From: Nymphaea colorata
Lineage: Eukaryota
Assembly: GCF_008831285.2 (NCBI RefSeq)
Contig: NC_045138.2
Span: 1,922,001-1,986,000 of the forward strand
DNA: 64,000 nucleotides
Direction: 5' to 3'
A program made the position numbers and the translations under genes. Positions 59,700-64,000 of this stretch are shown piece by piece; the first letter of the stretch is position 1, and each line of letters begins with the position of its first letter. The notes beneath the pieces are model-generated. The model searched no databases and had not been told where the DNA came from. It saw nothing but the letters and a program-made list of their open reading frames with translations.

Positions 59700-62600
59700 T
59701 TATGATGCCATACCAGATGCTATATTTGCAGATTCCGCCATTCGATTCTGTTCTACAAGCCTGGTGAGAGCTGCATCGATCTCTGAAAATACTCTATCTA
59801 TCGGTCCATCCCCGTCAACCTGCAGGATTTGGCAAGTTAAGCAGCTGTTGTATATGCGCAGAAACCTCGTTCAGTGACTGTTTGACAATATAAATTATAT
59901 GACAGCTGTATAACATGGACACAGCAAAAAGGAAAGAAGGTTTGCCATTCCTTGGGAAATTCACATTAAGAACAGTATAAAGAAGGACAGGCATGAGAGT
60001 ACATGGTCTGTGGCTATGTGTTTCACACTCGATTAAAAAGAAACTGGAAAACCGGCCCGCATGAATGGGTGAACAAATTCAAACCAATACCACCTTTCAG
60101 AAAAGAGAAAATTGGCGGGTGAACAAATTCAAACCAATACCACCTTTCAGAAAAGAGAAAATTGGCGAAAAAGAAGCAAGGAATATTTTTGAGAGTATTA
60201 CAAGATAGAGAGGGCACAAATGCTTCTGGTGACAAAAGATTGTTTTAAAGAAGCCCCAAAAGTTACCTTCACCAGTATATCCTTGTATGTTGAAAGTACA
60301 GCCTCAACGTTCCCGTGATGAGTTTGCAGCCGTAATTTTACCTTAACAACCAAACAGCAACACATTAATGGTATATGAGATCACCTTAAACCAATAACTT
60401 AGCATTCTAAACCTAAACATCAGCAATTGCCTGAACGATTTTCATATATCACTTGTCGTTTGAATTATATCACAGAAAAAGAACACTTGATCACTTTGTC
60501 AAAAGAACATCCTCGTTAACTGGATGCAGAGCTCTCTATGAAGGAGCTGCATTGTTTGCAAAAGGAAAATGTAATAACAAAACCACTGTCTAGCTTACAG
60601 GATACATGCAATGTAATCCATATGAGCTCCTACCTTCTCTTCAGTATCGTCAAACCGCTGAGTAAGCCTTTCCGCTATTTCTTGGGTCTCAGGTGGAGAA
60701 TACTTTAAGTGGTAGATTTTCCCAGTGACAGGGTCAAGCCTCCTACCAACCACTCTCTCGACAAGTATTTCCTCTGGAACCTGCCAAACACCATGAAAAA
60801 AGAAACAAAAGAAAGATGACTACACATACTATTCATATTCATTAAGACAACTGCAAAATCAACAAACAAACAGTTGAACGTCATGTCAATGCATGGGAGC
60901 CAGGAGTACAGGGAAGGCTCAGATTCAACACCCAAAGTTTACTTTTTTAACATGCTCTGAAGATCCATGTTCACTTTTCCTCTCTCTCTTCCTCTGTGAC
61001 ATAAATATATAAATTGGTGTTTTATCTGACAATCATTTATAGTATGGTTTGCTCTTCCTAAAAAAAATTATCCTCTTAAAAGAATGTTATTTCCCTCACT
61101 AATCAATTTAATCATCTGATTCTAAAGAAAAATGTGATATTGTCTAAACAACAAGCTACCTTTTCCTCTAAATTGTACAGTAGTTTTGACTTTCTAATAA
61201 ATGATGATCAAGATGTCCTAGAATAGGCACTCTCCATTCTCCACACAAGATCAGATTAGAATAGACATGAAGGATATGACACATAAGTCATTTTACATAT
61301 ATCTTGGGAAGCCTATGAGGGCTCATTTATTAAAGAATGTGGAAGCATTTCTTTTGTAATGGTTTTGCAGTTGAATCCATGGTCCGTTGATGAAATAATT
61401 ATATTGGTTAATGTCATAAAAAGATTTCTATGTGAATGATTGACAAAAAAGACAATGTCTTATACTGTTTCGACTTCATAGTTTCTAATTAAGATACAAA
61501 AATGCTGTGCAAATAAACGCTATGACATGAAAAATTTGTGACAGATGAAGGTTGCTTACATCTAAAAGAAGAAAAATATCAGGCCTGATCTTAAGGTCTT
61601 CAAGGGCTATTGCCTGAGAGATGCTCCTGGGATATCCATCCAAAAGCCATCCATTCTCCAGGGCATCGCGCTGTAAGAGGCGATCCTTCACCATCTAGAC
61701 ATAAAAATGGAGACCTTATGCAATAAAAGTCATAAAATGACATACCAAGGTAAACAAAGCACTAAATGTACCATGACAACAATATCATTTGGCACCAGTT
61801 GCCCTTTTTCCATGTATTGTTTGGCCTCCTTTCCTTTCTCTGTGTCAGCTGCAACTTCTGCTCTTAGCAAGTCCCCAGCAGCAATGTGCACCAACCCATA
61901 CTGCATTTAAAAGAATACTTTATTCAATTTTTGTTGTGCTCATCAATGTAAAAGGACAAAAAGGATTCAAGAATACAGATATAAAAAACCTGTGCACACA
62001 AAACTTGAAAGTGAAACAGATATCAGAAAGAGTCTATATCTGAGAAATTGCAAAGAACAACTTGACCAGGCATATTAATTCAGGAACCTTCTGATTGGCA
62101 AGCCATTCAGAAACTCGACCCGTGTTGTATACAAAGTCTTAAATCAGCTGCATCTTCACACTTCATAAAATAGGGCACCATCTTTTGTTCATTTATACAA
62201 GGACCTGTACTCTTTTATCCTTTTCAAATAGTATTTTATATTACATTCATAGTCTTAGAGCAAAAAAAATGCACACATAGGAGGAAAAGAAGACTAATTC
62301 TTCGTGATGAAACTTCTATGGCAGTTATGTTGGATTGTTGGTACTGTTTGTAGGAAAAAGTGCCATGGTTGAAAAACTTGGGATATTTCTCCAGGAAATG
62401 ATGCATCTCAACATGTCAAACTAACAAAAAAAGAATGTTCCAGCAATGGGAAGAGAACAACTTAATTGTAATGAAAAAAATAGAAAAACTATGACACTAG
62501 AGAACATCTCTCGTCCTGACTTTTTGGTAACAGAATCAAAGGTATGAAACTCAGTTGATGGTAGTTATGTTGTTGATTATTCTGCTGTAATTGATAAGCT

Positions 62601-62800
62601 ACAGAGAAGCTCTGGTACCATTTTGTATCTTCAATAGTTCATTTACATATGCACTTCAAAGCAATAAGACATACATGGGGAAATAGGAAAAGCAAACAAC
62701 TCACTTTCTTGACTATAAGCTCACATTGTGTCCCTTTCCCTGATGCTGGAGCACCAGCTATCATAACCTTCAAAGGCTCATTCTTCTTTGAAGCAACAAT
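59700..62800 (-). CDS. ADK: adenylate kinase, plastid-type; 3' six exons only, N-terminal exon(s) not resolved in the window
   Basis: Exons 62705-62800 (P-loop [11 protein letters not shown]), 61772-61900 ([16 protein letters not shown]), 61560-61694 ([10 protein letters not shown]), 60634-60780 ([22 protein letters not shown]), 60267-60341 and 59700-59819 (stop TAA). All junctions are phase-0 GT-AG. Confidence 0.93.
60067..60166. repeat. perfect 2 x 50-bp tandem duplication in an ADK intron
   Basis: GGGTGAACAAATTCAAACC...AAATTGGC at 60067 and 60117. Confidence 0.97.
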
Positions 62801-64000
62801 CTAGAAGAGATGTCAAATAATGAGGAATGTTAGTGCCAGATGATACACACAAGCCAACATAAATGAAACAAGAAACAGGTGGGGACTGGAGAGGAAAATG
62901 GTTATTTACTTAACGCCATAGCATAGGTAGACTTTTTGATCTAACTATCGATTTGCTTGAGGAATAAGCTGAAAACCTCAAAAAAATCATCATAAAGTGA
63001 AAAACTATAAAATTTAAGAGAAAAAGGAAAAGTACTGGATAAGATCTAGGAAACAAAAACAAGTAACAAATCACCTTAAATTTATACATATCTACACTCC
63101 CAACTTAACAATGAAGGATGAAGCAATAAAATATGACACTTAAACCATGTGACAAGTGACAACTGAAGCCTCATAGATACGACTGAGTACTGACAAAAGT
63201 AACATAACAAATAGAAGCAAAGCCTTCATTACCTCTTTGCACGGTTAAAAACCATAAGTCAACTCCCATTTTTCCAGAAAGTCCTTTCATTAATTTTGTT
63301 TCTAAACCAACACCCGGAAGTTTATGTGCTTGTAGGATTTCCAAGAATTTTATTCTCTCATAGCCACTGCTCGTTCCCCAATTCCCAAAAGTAACGAAAA
63401 AAAGAGAAAAGCATGAGGACATTCTGAAGAATCTAATTGCAGATAGTTAGGCTACCTTCATTAGTATCATTACTTCAAAAAATGTTGGAACTTTTACTTA
63501 TTCCACAGCACCTGCTGTTCCTTTTTTCTTCAACCAAAGAAATGGTGACGTTTTTAACTACCGCTTCAGAGTATGCTGACAATGAAAATCTCATGCCTCT
63601 GCAGGGAACCGGCAATGTGCATGTCCTGAACTGGAAAAGTTTCTTGTGAAGTGCCATCAAGGGTTGCATCACTACAGAATGAACTAGCTAATGTACAGTA
63701 TTATCTTGATCTCAACATTTCCCGCTAATGTACATTAAACTAATTGTCTAATGTAGCTTACTCTTAGATCCATTGCGTTTTCTCTTAGCCATGATGTGGA
63801 AGGAAAAGAGATACGACAGGACGAACCGCATAATCTATTATGCATCAGGTGCCTATTAATTTGTAGATACTTAAGGACATGAAGAAGAGATACAAAATGA
63901 GTTCATAGAAGAATCATCTCTATCATGGATCACAATGGTAAATAAACATGGAACCAGATTGACAGCACAGCACAACCACAGATAACACACACACACACTC

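Noticed and set aside
62915..63672. Upstream ADK exons (a 24-26-nt candidate at ~62915-62940 and ORF 63475-63672 as transit peptide)
   Set aside because: The small candidate has weak splice signals, and the ORF has no phase-0 donor compatible with exon 62705-62800. The true first exon probably lies beyond the window.

Overview
AT-rich, intron-containing plant (angiosperm-like) nuclear DNA; the species cannot be determined from the sequence alone. From left to right: (1) the 3' part of a decayed Ty1/copia retrotransposon (1-~3883) with an in-frame 393-bp internal duplication. (2) A secreted RD22-like BURP-domain gene (8607-15639), cleanly split by a full-length antisense Ty1/copia element (10196-15094, TSD GCCCA) whose LTRs carry a 7x24-bp array. 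(3) An intact HDC1 (Rxt3-domain) gene (20643-33021) that needs an 8-nt microexon to stay in frame and has a hAT-type element in one intron. (4) Two tandem minus-strand amino acid permease (AAP) genes (36487-41630 and 49591-54588), separated by nested retrotransposon debris that replaced the upstream promoter of one copy. (5) A possible spliced plus-strand non-coding or small-ORF transcript (~57050-59400). (6) The 3' six exons of a plastid-type adenylate kinase (59700-62800, minus), whose 5' end was not resolved. The best candidate for new biology is the BURP locus, a possible burpitide (plant RiPP) precursor-cyclase split in two by a transposon; this is inference, not demonstrated. All alignments and counts were made by eye.
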